Shown one piece after another: positions 36,637 through 45,693 of a DNA stretch of 64,000 nt. The stretch covers positions 199,963 through 263,962 of the forward strand of contig CAVXWU010000014.1 in the NCBI GenBank assembly GCA_963765535.1. Reading direction: 5' to 3'. A model generated the notes under the pieces. The model worked only from the letters and a program-made list of their open reading frames with translations, ran no database searches and was not told where the DNA came from. Each line of letters starts with the position of its first letter. Within the stretch, counting starts at the first letter, position 1. This DNA comes from an uncultured Verrucomicrobiae bacterium (lineage in GTDB: Bacteria > Verrucomicrobiota > Verrucomicrobiia > Limisphaerales > JAHDYP01). Position numbers and translations under genes: made by a program.

Positions 36637-37073
36637 GTGACCTCCTTTTCGTTCAATTTTCTGGCCGGGCAACTCCCTTCTCCCATCCCGCTTTCGTCGT
36701 TGGCCCCTCAACCTGTTGGACAGCGGAACCTAAATGAAACCTCCCGGGATCGCAAGTCGGAGGCGCTCTGCAATAGCGCCTCACTATGGCGTCACAAGCT
36801 TGCGCCGGGTTAGGGCCCCCGGCCTACAGGCTCCTGAATCCAGCCGTCTTGAAGGCCAGATTCCCTCACCCGGCGCCTCGATCCCGCCATAACGAGAAAT
36901 ACTGACTCCGCGCATTTGCATTTTGGACTGGCACCCGATGATGCCATCCACTATACCCATCACTGCGCACTTCGAGGGCCCTAAGGGATGTGAGGCGGCC
37001 TTGTCGTTTCGGGTACGCAATTAACGGATTTCGCGATGGCTGCAGCAGGCTATCCGGAAACTGTTGGCGGACT

Positions 37074-39773
37074 ATGTATACCGAGACGATCGTGACCGAC
37101 TATTTCCTTCCATCCCCATTCCTGGGCGTGCTCGCGCTCTTTCCGAACGCAGTGACGGCCTCTTCGCCGTTCAACTTCCTCGAACCGGCCGCACACTCCA
37201 ATGCTTTGCCTCCGGCTCCCTTCTTTGTGGCGGGAGTGGCGGTTATCGGGGTACTTTGGATGTCGGCCTACCTGCACCGGCTCCGAGGGTTGTTCCTCTC
37301 TTGCATCTCCCAATTCGCCCAGAGCAGTGGGGCAGGCTCCCTGGAATCATCCTCAAATCCGAGCCCCAGGAGCAACCCGTCGGGCGAGGGATCACCTCCA
37401 ACGGAAGCCGCCTCTCTCTCAACGCCACCACCTTCGGACAATGATTGCCGCGGGGCATTTGAATCGATCCGGCAACCACTGCTCGTTTGTGATGCTTTAA
37501 CTCTCCAGGTTCTGGCAGCCAACGGCGCCGCGGCACGATTTTTTGAGCGCTCACAGAACGAAATCCTGCGATGCAAGATAACCGACCTGCTGGCGCCGCA
37601 CGAAAGCCAACTCGTGCTGGCCTTTCTCGCCACCACACCAGTTCCGCTCCCTCCAAGGATGGCTTGGAGCCGCTGCTCCCGGGATGGTACCACGGTCCAC
37701 GCCGAGATCACCGCGGATTATCTTCAGTTTCAGGGACGCGAGGCGCGCTTGGTCCAGATTTCGGACGTCAGTGAACACCGGCGTTTGGAACAACGCCTTA
37801 TCGAGGAAAAGACCGCGACTGAGCAAACCCAAAACAGACTCGCTGAGCTGAAGTTTGCCTTGGACCAGCATGCGATCGTCGCCATCACGGACACCCACGG
37901 CCGGATCACTTATGCGAATGACAAGTTTTGCGAAATCAGTGGCTACTCCCGCGATGAGCTCCTCGGCCGAACTCACCGAATCGTCAATTCCGGCTATCAT
38001 CCGACCGAGTTCTTCGCCGAGCTCTACCGTACCATCACCCGCGGCGAAGTCTGGCGAGGGCAAATCCGCAATCGTGCCAAGAACGGCTCATGCTACTGGG
38101 TCCAGACCACCATTGTCCCCTTCAGGAACGCCCGCGGCGAACCTTGGCAATACACGGCGATCCGCACCGATATCACGCACTTTAAATCTGTGCTGGAGGA
38201 CCTCGCCCGCAAAGACGCAGCCCTGCTCAACGCTCAACGTATTGGTCGCATCGGCAGTTGGGAACTCGAACTGCACACCGGCGAGCTCCATTGGTCTCCC
38301 GAGATCTATCGCGTCTTCGGGCGGGAGATGGATCGATTTCGACCCAGTCGCGAAGCATTCCAGGAGTCCGTTCATGCCTCGGACCGCGAGCGCGTCGCGA
38401 ATGCCCTGGAATCAGCCATCCGTAATGCCCAACCTTATCGGGTTGAACATCGCATTGTTCGGCCGGACGGTGCTACGCGTTGGGTCTATCAGGAAGGAGA
38501 ACTCGTGTCCGGTCCATCGGGCGAGATCCAAGCGGTGCGCGGGATACTTCAGGATATGACGGATCGTCGCAACCTCGAGGAACAGCTGCGACAATCACAA
38601 AAAATGGACGCCATCGGCCATCTCGCCGGTGGGGTCGCCCATGATTTCAACAACCTGCTGACGGTCATCCGCGGCCAGACCGAACTTGTGTTGGCCGATG
38701 GCGGTCTGACCAAGGGCGCCGACGAACTGCTGCGTCAGGTCATCGAAGCGGCTGAACGGGGCAGCCATCTCACACGCCAATTGCTCTCCTTCAGCCGCAA
38801 GGAATTTCTCCAGCCGGAGTCTCTCGATCTCAGCGAGGTGGTCAACGACCTCCTCAAAATGCTTCGTCGCATCATTGGTGAACCCTACGAAGTTCGTGCC
38901 GATCTCGCGCCAAACCTCCCGCCGATTCGGGCCGATCGTGGAATGCTCGAACAGGTCCTGATGAACCTCGCCGTCAACGCCCGCGATGCCATGCCACGCG
39001 GAGGACAAGTCGCAATTCGCACGGATCTGATTTCCGTCCAACATGACCGGCCTTCGCGATTTGCCCGGGGAACACCCGGGGAATTTGTCCGGCTCACCGT
39101 CGCCGACACTGGCTGCGGTATCCCCACCGAACTCATCCCTCGTATCTTCGAACCGTTCTTCACCACGAAGAGCCCCGGCCGCGGCACCGGCTTGGGACTC
39201 GCGACCGTTCATGGCATCGTTGAACAACACGAGGGATGGATCGACGTCGAAAGCACAATCGACGTCGGCACTGCCTTTCACCTCCACTTCCCTGCCCGGC
39301 CCGAACTTGTCTCCAGACACGCCGCTTCCCTGGCCGGTGTCGTTCCCCGCGGCGGCACCGAGAGCATTCTGCTTGTCGAGGACGCGTCCGATGTCCGCTT
39401 CTTCGTTCATCTCATTCTCGAACGACTGGGCTACCGGGTCCTGCAGGCAGCCTCCGGCGACGAAGCCCTCACTGCCTGGCAGGAACACCGGAATTCCATC
39501 GATCTGCTTCTCACGGATGTTGTAATGCCTTCTCCCATAAGTGGGACCGAACTCGCGGCCAGGCTCCAGGCCGAGCAGCCCAACCTCCCCATCATCTTCA
39601 TTAGCGGCTATTCACAGGATTCCGAGCAGCACGAGCCAACCACCCAGCCCGGCGTCCGTTTTCTTCAGAAACCCTTCACGCCCCAAAAACTTGCCGCCGT
39701 GGTCCGCGAATCCCTCGATGGGCAAATGGACCTTGTTGAGATTCCTACCCAATCTGGACCTCAACCCGGATAA
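37074..39773 (+). CDS. Hybrid sensor histidine kinase (TM, PAS x3, HisKA, HATPase_c, receiver)
   Basis: PAS/PAC repeats (e.g. [30 protein letters not shown]). H-box [15 protein letters not shown]-box [11 protein letters not shown]-boxes DTGCGI and GTGLGLA. The receiver contains [10 protein letters not shown]...[10 protein letters not shown]. Confidence 0.9.
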   Translation: MYTETIVTDYFLPSPFLGVLALFPNAVTASSPFNFLEPAAHSNALPPAPFFVAGVAVIGVLWMSAYLHRLRGLFLSCISQFAQSSGAGSLESSSNPSPRSNPSGEGSPPTEAASLSTPPPSDNDCRGAFESIRQPLLVCDALTLQVLAANGAAARFFERSQNEILRCKITDLLAPHESQLVLAFLATTPVPLPPRMAWSRCSRDGTTVHAEITADYLQFQGREARLVQISDVSEHRRLEQRLIEEKTATEQTQNRLAELKFALDQHAIVAITDTHGRITYANDKFCEISGYSRDELLGRTHRIVNSGYHPTEFFAELYRTITRGEVWRGQIRNRAKNGSCYWVQTTIVPFRNARGEPWQYTAIRTDITHFKSVLEDLARKDAALLNAQRIGRIGSWELELHTGELHWSPEIYRVFGREMDRFRPSREAFQESVHASDRERVANALESAIRNAQPYRVEHRIVRPDGATRWVYQEGELVSGPSGEIQAVRGILQDMTDRRNLEEQLRQSQKMDAIGHLAGGVAHDFNNLLTVIRGQTELVLADGGLTKGADELLRQVIEAAERGSHLTRQLLSFSRKEFLQPESLDLSEVVNDLLKMLRRIIGEPYEVRADLAPNLPPIRADRGMLEQVLMNLAVNARDAMPRGGQVAIRTDLISVQHDRPSRFARGTPGEFVRLTVADTGCGIPTELIPRIFEPFFTTKSPGRGTGLGLATVHGIVEQHEGWIDVESTIDVGTAFHLHFPARPELVSRHAASLAGVVPRGGTESILLVEDASDVRFFVHLILERLGYRVLQAASGDEALTAWQEHRNSIDLLLTDVVMPSPISGTELAARLQAEQPNLPIIFISGYSQDSEQHEPTTQPGVRFLQKPFTPQKLAAVVRESLDGQMDLVEIPTQSGPQPG

Positions 39774-39825
39774 GGGGAATGCTTCATCCAGCAAAAGGAA
39801 TCCGGACTTGGCCGGACCGGCATGC

Positions 39826-40105
39826 CTAAGTGGTCTGTTTCATAAATACGGTCACGTTCGTTGCGCCCAATTTGGCCTGAGGCAAGGCGCGAGGGCGAGA
39901 GTGTATCCCCTGCGATACTCGACCGACCGAGCAACGCCGCCCCAGGCCAAATTCGGCGCAACCCTCCGGGCGGCCGTTCTTTTTCGGCCAGACTTCGTTG
40001 CTCACGCCTTACAGACCGCTGCGGGTATGCTCGTTGCTCGCGCCTCGTCTGGCCGAAAAACCCCTGGCCGCGAACGTAACCGTATTTATGAAACAGACCA
40101 CTAAG
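39826..40105. mobile_element. MITE-like non-autonomous element, full copy with about 30-bp terminal inverted repeats
   Basis: Left end GTGGTCTGTTTCATAAATACGGTCACGTTCG and right end CGAACGTAACCGTATTTATGAAACAGACCAC form a near-perfect TIR, flanked by TAA on both sides. Nested internal inverted repeats are present. There is no credible coding capacity. A second, partial copy lies at 59934-60113. Confidence 0.65.
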
Positions 40106-40437
40106 CCACGTCTATGCAGTGAAAACCGCCAATGAACGAGAATCGGTCCGAATAGCTCGATTCCATCGTCCCAACGTTAACCCTCAAGTTCTGCCGCCAA
40201 CTGCCGATCTACCCTAGGCATGATCGACGATCTGGACGAGCTATGGGGTGCCGCCGGGCGCACGGCGTTCGGAACCATGATCAATTTAAAGTTCGAACCC
40301 CGGCCGCCCGCGGTGTCCTTCAGCCATTCCCTGCCGGATGTCATGGGCGGATATGGGATGTTCCTCAATTCCCAGTTGAATTTCAAATGGACGCGACTCG
40401 TGGTATCGCTCGCCTGATTCTCCATCCTCACTTCGCC

Positions 40438-41064
40438 ATGCCAAGCCCAGCTTCCTCCAATTATCGCGCCGCAATCCTCGGCGGTCTATGGCTGGCCCTC
40501 AGCGCCGCTCTGACTCCCGTCACTGTCGCTGAAGGCTTGGGTTACCTGCGAGTCTCCGGGCCTTCACCCATTCGTTTCCGGGCTTCGAAGGAGGTATTAG
40601 CCACCACCCCGGCTGCTTGTTCGCCTCCCAACGCTGCTGATTGGTTGCCTTCTGCCGCCGATCCCGCTCAGGAGATCGGCACATCCTCGACTGTAAAAGA
40701 ACCCGTCGTTCCCGCCCTTTCGGAGCCGCACGCACATGCTCCAGCCAACACCCGCAGCCAACCCGGTTTGGCCTCGAATCCGTCATCCACTTCGCTTCTC
40801 GCCGACCCGCCATTGGCCAGTCCAACCGATGTTCTCAAAACCGCCGATCTCCCTCCCACGTCGGCTTCGTCCGCACCCCAGATTCCGGCAGTCAAAATTC
40901 CCCAGGACGCGACGATCATCGCGCCGCAGACAATTCTGCCATTGCTCCTCGACGACGCCTCAGCCCCAGCAGGCCGGGTGACGGTAGTTGCTCCTATATC
41001 TTTCGTTCCACCGCAACCCGGCGTCAGCCATCGCAGCACGGCGAGCTATTCCGTCACGCCGTGA
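40438..41064 (+). CDS. Hypothetical secreted Pro/Ser/Ala-rich protein
   Basis: Inner ATG gives a signal peptide, MPSPASSNYRAAILGGLWLALSAALTPVTVAEG. The remainder is low complexity. It is the first gene of a co-oriented unit ending in the sigma-54 activator. Confidence 0.5.
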   Translation: MPSPASSNYRAAILGGLWLALSAALTPVTVAEGLGYLRVSGPSPIRFRASKEVLATTPAACSPPNAADWLPSAADPAQEIGTSSTVKEPVVPALSEPHAHAPANTRSQPGLASNPSSTSLLADPPLASPTDVLKTADLPPTSASSAPQIPAVKIPQDATIIAPQTILPLLLDDASAPAGRVTVVAPISFVPPQPGVSHRSTASYSVTP

Positions 41065-41141
41065 TTTCCCCATTCCATCGCGCGCACGACTGCGGCCAAC
41101 AACTCGGCTCGAACGAACTTCGGTCGTCTCCCTCGTGTCGG

Positions 41142-42422
41142 GTGTTCCCCCGCTTAGTGATCGTTCTTGGGCTTTTCTGCCTCGCCCTCATTGGGCCCGC
41201 GCTGCGCGCGGACGACGCTTCACCCGCCGCTCCCGCCTCAACCCGGTTGTCGAAGCTCGACCTGCCGGCCCCGACGCCTGAGGACCCAACCCCCAACATC
41301 AGCCCGACCGAGAATCTCGATAATCCGTCAGTTGAACCCTTTCAGACGGAGCTGGCCACCGCCCGGCAGCTTGCTGCCGACGGCCAGTTTGACGCGGCCT
41401 CGCACAGCTACGTCGCGCTCCTTGAAGGGCATGCGCCCGACGATGTGAAACGCATTGTGCTTCTCGAATTGGCCGTGACGACTCACGAGAATCATCAGCC
41501 CGTCAAAGCCCTGCAAATTCTCGCCCAGTTCATCAAGGAATACCCGCGAGACCGCGCCCTCCCGGAAGTCCTGTTCCGACAGGGGCTCATCTACCGTCAA
41601 ATGGGTGCCAACGGACTGGCCATTGCGAAGTTTTACGCGGTCATGACCGCCGCCATCAGCCTCAAGGTGGACCAGCTCGAACATTATCAGGAACTGGTTC
41701 GCCAGGCCCAAACCGACATTGCAGTTACCTACTTTGAAGCCGGCCAATACCGCGAAGCTGTTGCGTTCTTCAACCGTTTGCTCAAACAAGACCCCGCCCG
41801 GGAAGATTACGCGCTCCTTAAGTTCCATCTCATCCAGTCGCTTGCGCATCTTACCGACTCCGCCGAAACGGTCACCCAATCCGAGACGTTCCTACGTGAT
41901 TACCCGAGCTCCCCGAATGCCGCCGAAGTCCGCTTCCTCCTCGCCGAAGCCCTCAAGAGCCAGGGCCGCGACGCGGAATCGCTCCAACAGATCCTGCAAT
42001 TGCTCCAGTCCCAACATGCCCTCGCCCAGGACCAGCCCGATGCCTGGAATTATTGGCAGCGGCGCGCCGGCAATGAATTCGCCAATGCCCTGTTTCTTCA
42101 GGGCGATTATTTCAATGCCCTCACGCTCTATCAGCACCTCGCTAAGCTGGATGCTTCCCCCGCCTGGCAACTTCCCAATCTTTACCAGGAAGGGTTGATC
42201 CTCGAGCGGCTTGAACAATCCGATCAGGCCGCCGAGATTTACGACCGCATCCTCACACGCCAAAAGGAGCTCACCGATCAGCCCCCCCAGCCCTGCCTCG
42301 ATGCCCTGTTTCAAATGGCGCAGCTGCGAAAGGGCCATCTGGATTGGCTGCAGCAGGCCCATACCAACCTCCTCAGCTTCCACTACAATAAAGGCCCCAA
42401 CCACTCGTCTCTCGGACCATGA
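41142..42422 (+). CDS. TPR-like repeat protein with a signal peptide
   Basis: GTG 41142 gives VFPRLVIVLGLFCLALIGPALRA. Repeated helical A..Y/L motifs follow (EVLFRQGLIYRQMG, YFEAGQYREAVAFFNRLL, LFLQGDYFNALTLYQHL). Confidence 0.65.
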   Translation: MFPRLVIVLGLFCLALIGPALRADDASPAAPASTRLSKLDLPAPTPEDPTPNISPTENLDNPSVEPFQTELATARQLAADGQFDAASHSYVALLEGHAPDDVKRIVLLELAVTTHENHQPVKALQILAQFIKEYPRDRALPEVLFRQGLIYRQMGANGLAIAKFYAVMTAAISLKVDQLEHYQELVRQAQTDIAVTYFEAGQYREAVAFFNRLLKQDPAREDYALLKFHLIQSLAHLTDSAETVTQSETFLRDYPSSPNAAEVRFLLAEALKSQGRDAESLQQILQLLQSQHALAQDQPDAWNYWQRRAGNEFANALFLQGDYFNALTLYQHLAKLDASPAWQLPNLYQEGLILERLEQSDQAAEIYDRILTRQKELTDQPPQPCLDALFQMAQLRKGHLDWLQQAHTNLLSFHYNKGPNHSSLGP

Positions 42423-42856
42423 ATCCCATTGCCGACTTTACCCCACAATTGCAGGAGCACCTCGATCTCTATAACCGCATCCTGGTCGTCGTTGATCAGG
42501 AAAATCAAACCCTGCGAAATCCTGAACCCGGTTCCATGGAAGGTCATCGACAAGCCAGAATTGACTTGCTTCCCCTGTTGATTCGGTCCCTAGATGAGCT
42601 TAAAGCTTTGCGGCAGGCTTGGCAAACCGTCCCCCCAACGGAACGGGCGCGTTTCCAGCAGGTTGGTTCCCTGCTCCGTCAAAGCCAGGACGTCGTCATG
42701 AAGGTGATCCTGCTCGATCGCGAAAATGAACAGTGTCTCCTGCGCCGCGGCATGGTCCCGGCACGGGAGATATCCCTGATTCCGACCGCGCCGCCTCAGC
42801 TCGTGGCCCGTCGCTACTGCCGTCAGTCCAGTCCACTACGCGATCATGCGGTTTGA
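42419..42856 (+). CDS. Hypothetical helical protein, weakly FlgN-like
   Basis: 145 aa. ATGA overlap with the upstream gene, and an 11-nt overlap with the activator gene. It looks like a Leu/Gln/Arg-rich coiled coil. The functional guess rests only on context and composition. Confidence 0.45.
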   Translation: MNPIADFTPQLQEHLDLYNRILVVVDQENQTLRNPEPGSMEGHRQARIDLLPLLIRSLDELKALRQAWQTVPPTERARFQQVGSLLRQSQDVVMKVILLDRENEQCLLRRGMVPAREISLIPTAPPQLVARRYCRQSSPLRDHAV

Positions 42857-44279
42857 AAAGATTCTCGTTCTCGAAGACGACCTGATTGTCCGCAAAGGAC
42901 TCGAACAGCAACTCCGTCAACGACATTACGAAGTCGTCGCCGTCGATAGCTTGGCCGCTGCCCAGGATGCCCTCGGACGGGACGCGTTCGATCTCGCTAT
43001 CGTCGATGTGCGTTTGCCCGACGGCGAAGGCACCGATCTCCTGCGTGATCTCAAAAGCCGCCCTCAAAGACCGCTCGTGGTCGTCATCAGTGGCTTTGGT
43101 TCCGTCGAAGCCGCGGTCAATTGCATTCGGGCTGGCGCGTTTGATTATCTCATCAAACCGTTCACCTTCGACCAACTCGAAATCACCCTGCGCAAAGCGG
43201 AGAACTTCATCCAGATCCTCAAGGTCAATCAACACCTCAGTCACGATGAATCCGATGAAATCGGCAGCGAACTTCTAGGCCAATCGGCTTGCATGGTGCA
43301 ACTCCGTCAACTGATCCGCAAGGTCGCCCGCACTCAGGCCACCGTCCTCATCCAGGGCGAAAGCGGCACTGGTAAAGAACTCGTCGCCCGCGCCCTCTAC
43401 CTCCAAAGCCCTCGCGCCAGCGCCCCCTTCATTAAATTGAATTGTGCCGCCGTCCCGGAAAACCTCATCGAAAGCGAGTTCTTCGGCCACGAAAAGGGCG
43501 CGTTCACGGGCGCCCTCGCCAAACGTGAAGGGCGGTTCGAGCTCGCTCATGGCGGAACGATCCTCCTCGACGAAATCAGCGAGATCTCGCTTCAGATCCA
43601 GGCCAAGCTCCTCCGTGTCCTCCAGGAGCGCGAATTGGAACGCGTCGGCGGCAACCGCACCATCAAGGTCGATGTCCGCGTCATCGCCACCACCAATCGC
43701 CGCCTCGAAGAAAGCATCGATCGCAAAGAATTCCGGCAGGACCTCTACTTCCGCCTCAACGTCGTTCCCATCCACGTCCCGCCCTTGCGCGAGCGGCCCG
43801 ACGATATCCCTGTCCTCGCCAATCATTTCATGCAACGGCTCGCCCGAAAACATGGCGTCCGAATCCGCGGTCTCTCGGATCATTGCCTGGCCGTCCTCCA
43901 TCAACACGCCTGGCCCGGCAATGTCCGCGAACTCCAAAATGTAATTGAACGCGCCGTCATCCTTTGCGGCGATTCCGGCCTGCTCGAACCTGATCTTCTG
44001 GGGCTCTCCTCTCAGCCATCCGCGTCGGGAACCAACATTACCTCCGTTGAAGCCACCTCCAACTCGGCGGCATCCACCACGGCTCCTCCTGCCCTCAACG
44101 GCATTATCCCCCTGGCGGAACTCGAAAAACATCACATCTTCGCCGCCCTCGAATTTACCAAGGAGAACCGAACCCACGCGGCCCGCCTTCTCGGGATCAG
44201 CATCCGCACTCTCCGCAACAAACTCAACGAATACGGCCCGAAGCCGGGCAAATCCGTCACCGAAGACGCAGGTTCGTAG
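42846..44279 (+). CDS. Sigma-54-dependent response regulator (REC + AAA+ + Fis HTH; FleR/FlbD/NtrC-type)
   Basis: REC domain (ILVLEDDLIV...DLAIVDVRLPDG). Walker A GESGTGKE, GAFTGA loop (GHEKGAFTGA), ELERVGGNRTIKVDVRVIATTN, and HTH AARLLGISIRTLRNKL. Confidence 0.92.
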   Translation: MRFEKILVLEDDLIVRKGLEQQLRQRHYEVVAVDSLAAAQDALGRDAFDLAIVDVRLPDGEGTDLLRDLKSRPQRPLVVVISGFGSVEAAVNCIRAGAFDYLIKPFTFDQLEITLRKAENFIQILKVNQHLSHDESDEIGSELLGQSACMVQLRQLIRKVARTQATVLIQGESGTGKELVARALYLQSPRASAPFIKLNCAAVPENLIESEFFGHEKGAFTGALAKREGRFELAHGGTILLDEISEISLQIQAKLLRVLQERELERVGGNRTIKVDVRVIATTNRRLEESIDRKEFRQDLYFRLNVVPIHVPPLRERPDDIPVLANHFMQRLARKHGVRIRGLSDHCLAVLHQHAWPGNVRELQNVIERAVILCGDSGLLEPDLLGLSSQPSASGTNITSVEATSNSAASTTAPPALNGIIPLAELEKHHIFAALEFTKENRTHAARLLGISIRTLRNKLNEYGPKPGKSVTEDAGS

Positions 44280-44404
44280 GAGGTTCGATCAACCGGGTTG
44301 GCGGAGGCGATGTTTGCCTAGTGCAATCTTCTCGGTTGGCACAATTTGCCTGATATCCCCCCCGGACCGCAGGTATGGCCTCCTGTACCGGCCTTTTCAA
44401 CCCG

Positions 44405-44420
44405 TGGCATGTCCGTTGCT
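44405..44420 (+). promoter_or_regulatory. Sigma-54 (-24/-12) promoter of the flagellar operon
   Basis: TGGCATGTCCGTTGCT fits TGGCAC-N5-TTGCW with the exact GG-N10-GC spacing. It ends 30 nt upstream of the flgB GTG. Confidence 0.75.
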
Positions 44421-44449
44421 GAACCCCTGACAAAATGATTTAACGCATT

Positions 44450-44833
44450 GTGATCGAAGCCCTCTTCAACCAACCGAATTACGTCGCCACGCGCAAACTG
44501 CTCGATGCTACCACACTCCGGCACGAGGCTATCGCTGCTAATCTCGCCAATCTCGAAACTCCCGGTTATCAGCGCGTCGATGTGGCTCCTTCCTTCGCCA
44601 GTGATCTCCGTCAGGCCATCGCCAGCGCCAACCCCGACCTCATCGAAAAACTTGAACCGCACCTGACTCGCGATACCACCGCCACTGCCAGCCGCCTAGA
44701 TGGCAACAATGTCGAACTCGAAGGGGAATTAATCCGGCTCAATCAAAACGCCGTCGAACATTCCCTCGAAACTCAGTTGCTCACCAGTTCGCTCCTCAGA
44801 CTCCGCCTCGCGATCACCGGCCGGGCCTCCTGA
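44450..44833 (+). CDS. flgB: Flagellar basal-body rod protein FlgB
   Basis: RHEAIAANLANLETPGYQRVDV, and a C-terminal ...NNVELEGELIRLNQN. Confidence 0.9.
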   Translation: MIEALFNQPNYVATRKLLDATTLRHEAIAANLANLETPGYQRVDVAPSFASDLRQAIASANPDLIEKLEPHLTRDTTATASRLDGNNVELEGELIRLNQNAVEHSLETQLLTSSLLRLRLAITGRAS

Positions 44834-44838
44834 ACGTC

Positions 44839-45273
44839 ATGATCCCCATCCTCAGCGGCATCGAAAGCACCCAGGCGGCCCTCACCGCTGAACGCATCCG
44901 CATGGATGTCGTATCCCAGAACATCGCCAATGCCGACACGTCGCGCGGCCTGAACGGCGCACCCTACCGGCGCCAACAGGTGGTCTTCGAGACGGTCCTT
45001 AAGGCTGCCCAGAACCCCGACCCTTCCGCCAGCGGCCAACTCGAAACAGTCCAGGTCGCCCGTATCCAACCCGATTCCCGCCCCCCACTGCTTGTCCATC
45101 AACCCGGCAATCCAAATGCAGACGCCGACGGCATGGTCGCCCTTCCCAATATTAATATCCACGAGGAAATGGTTGATCTGATCTCCGCCTCCCGAGCGTT
45201 TGAAGCCAACCTCGCCGTTCTCAAAACCGGCCGCAGCATGGCCATTCAAACTCTCGGCATCGGCAAACGCTGA
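44839..45273 (+). CDS. flgC: Flagellar basal-body rod protein FlgC
   Basis: ERIRMDVVSQNIANADT, and a C-terminal VALPNINIHEEMVDLISASRAFEANL. Confidence 0.92.
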   Translation: MIPILSGIESTQAALTAERIRMDVVSQNIANADTSRGLNGAPYRRQQVVFETVLKAAQNPDPSASGQLETVQVARIQPDSRPPLLVHQPGNPNADADGMVALPNINIHEEMVDLISASRAFEANLAVLKTGRSMAIQTLGIGKR

Positions 45274-45293
45274 ACTCTTGACACCACCCTGCC

Positions 45294-45671
45294 ATGAACT
45301 CGATCGCATCCATCGCCTTTCCTCGCATCCCCGATGCCTCAGCGCTCACGGCCAAGACTTCCCTCTCCCAGCCAGCCATCATTTCTCCGGCCGAGCTCGA
45401 ACGCCTCGGCCCCTCCACGCGGATTTCGGCTCCTGGCAACACCTCCGCCCCCACCGGGTTTGACCAGATCCTCGGCAAGCTCGTCAACGAAGTCGATGCG
45501 CGCCAAAGCGCTGCCGGAGAGACCGTGCGCGGGCTCTTGGCCGGAGAGAACGTCTCTTTACATCAGGCAATGATCAGCACCGAGGAAGCCAGCATCTCCT
45601 TCCAGCTCATGGTCGAGATCCGCAATAAACTCCTGGAATCTTACCAGGAGATGATGCGCATGCAGATCTGA
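45294..45671 (+). CDS. fliE: Flagellar hook-basal body complex protein FliE
   Basis: C-terminal ...LHQAMISTEEASISFQLMVEIRNKLLESYQEMMRMQI. Confidence 0.88.
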   Translation: MNSIASIAFPRIPDASALTAKTSLSQPAIISPAELERLGPSTRISAPGNTSAPTGFDQILGKLVNEVDARQSAAGETVRGLLAGENVSLHQAMISTEEASISFQLMVEIRNKLLESYQEMMRMQI

Positions 45672-45693
45672 TGCGGGATTATTCGCACTCGCC

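Noticed and set aside
36637-36720. A GGCCAGAAAATTGA-like sequence upstream of the PRC-barrel gene, considered as a sigma-54 promoter.
   Set aside because: It lacks the -12 TTGC core (it has TTGA), and the -24 TGGCAC is degenerate.
44337-44350. TGGCACAATTTGCC, which superficially looks like a sigma-54 -24/-12 element upstream of the flagellar operon.
   Set aside because: GG and GC are separated by 8 nt instead of the required 10. The correctly spaced element at 44405-44420 is a much better candidate.
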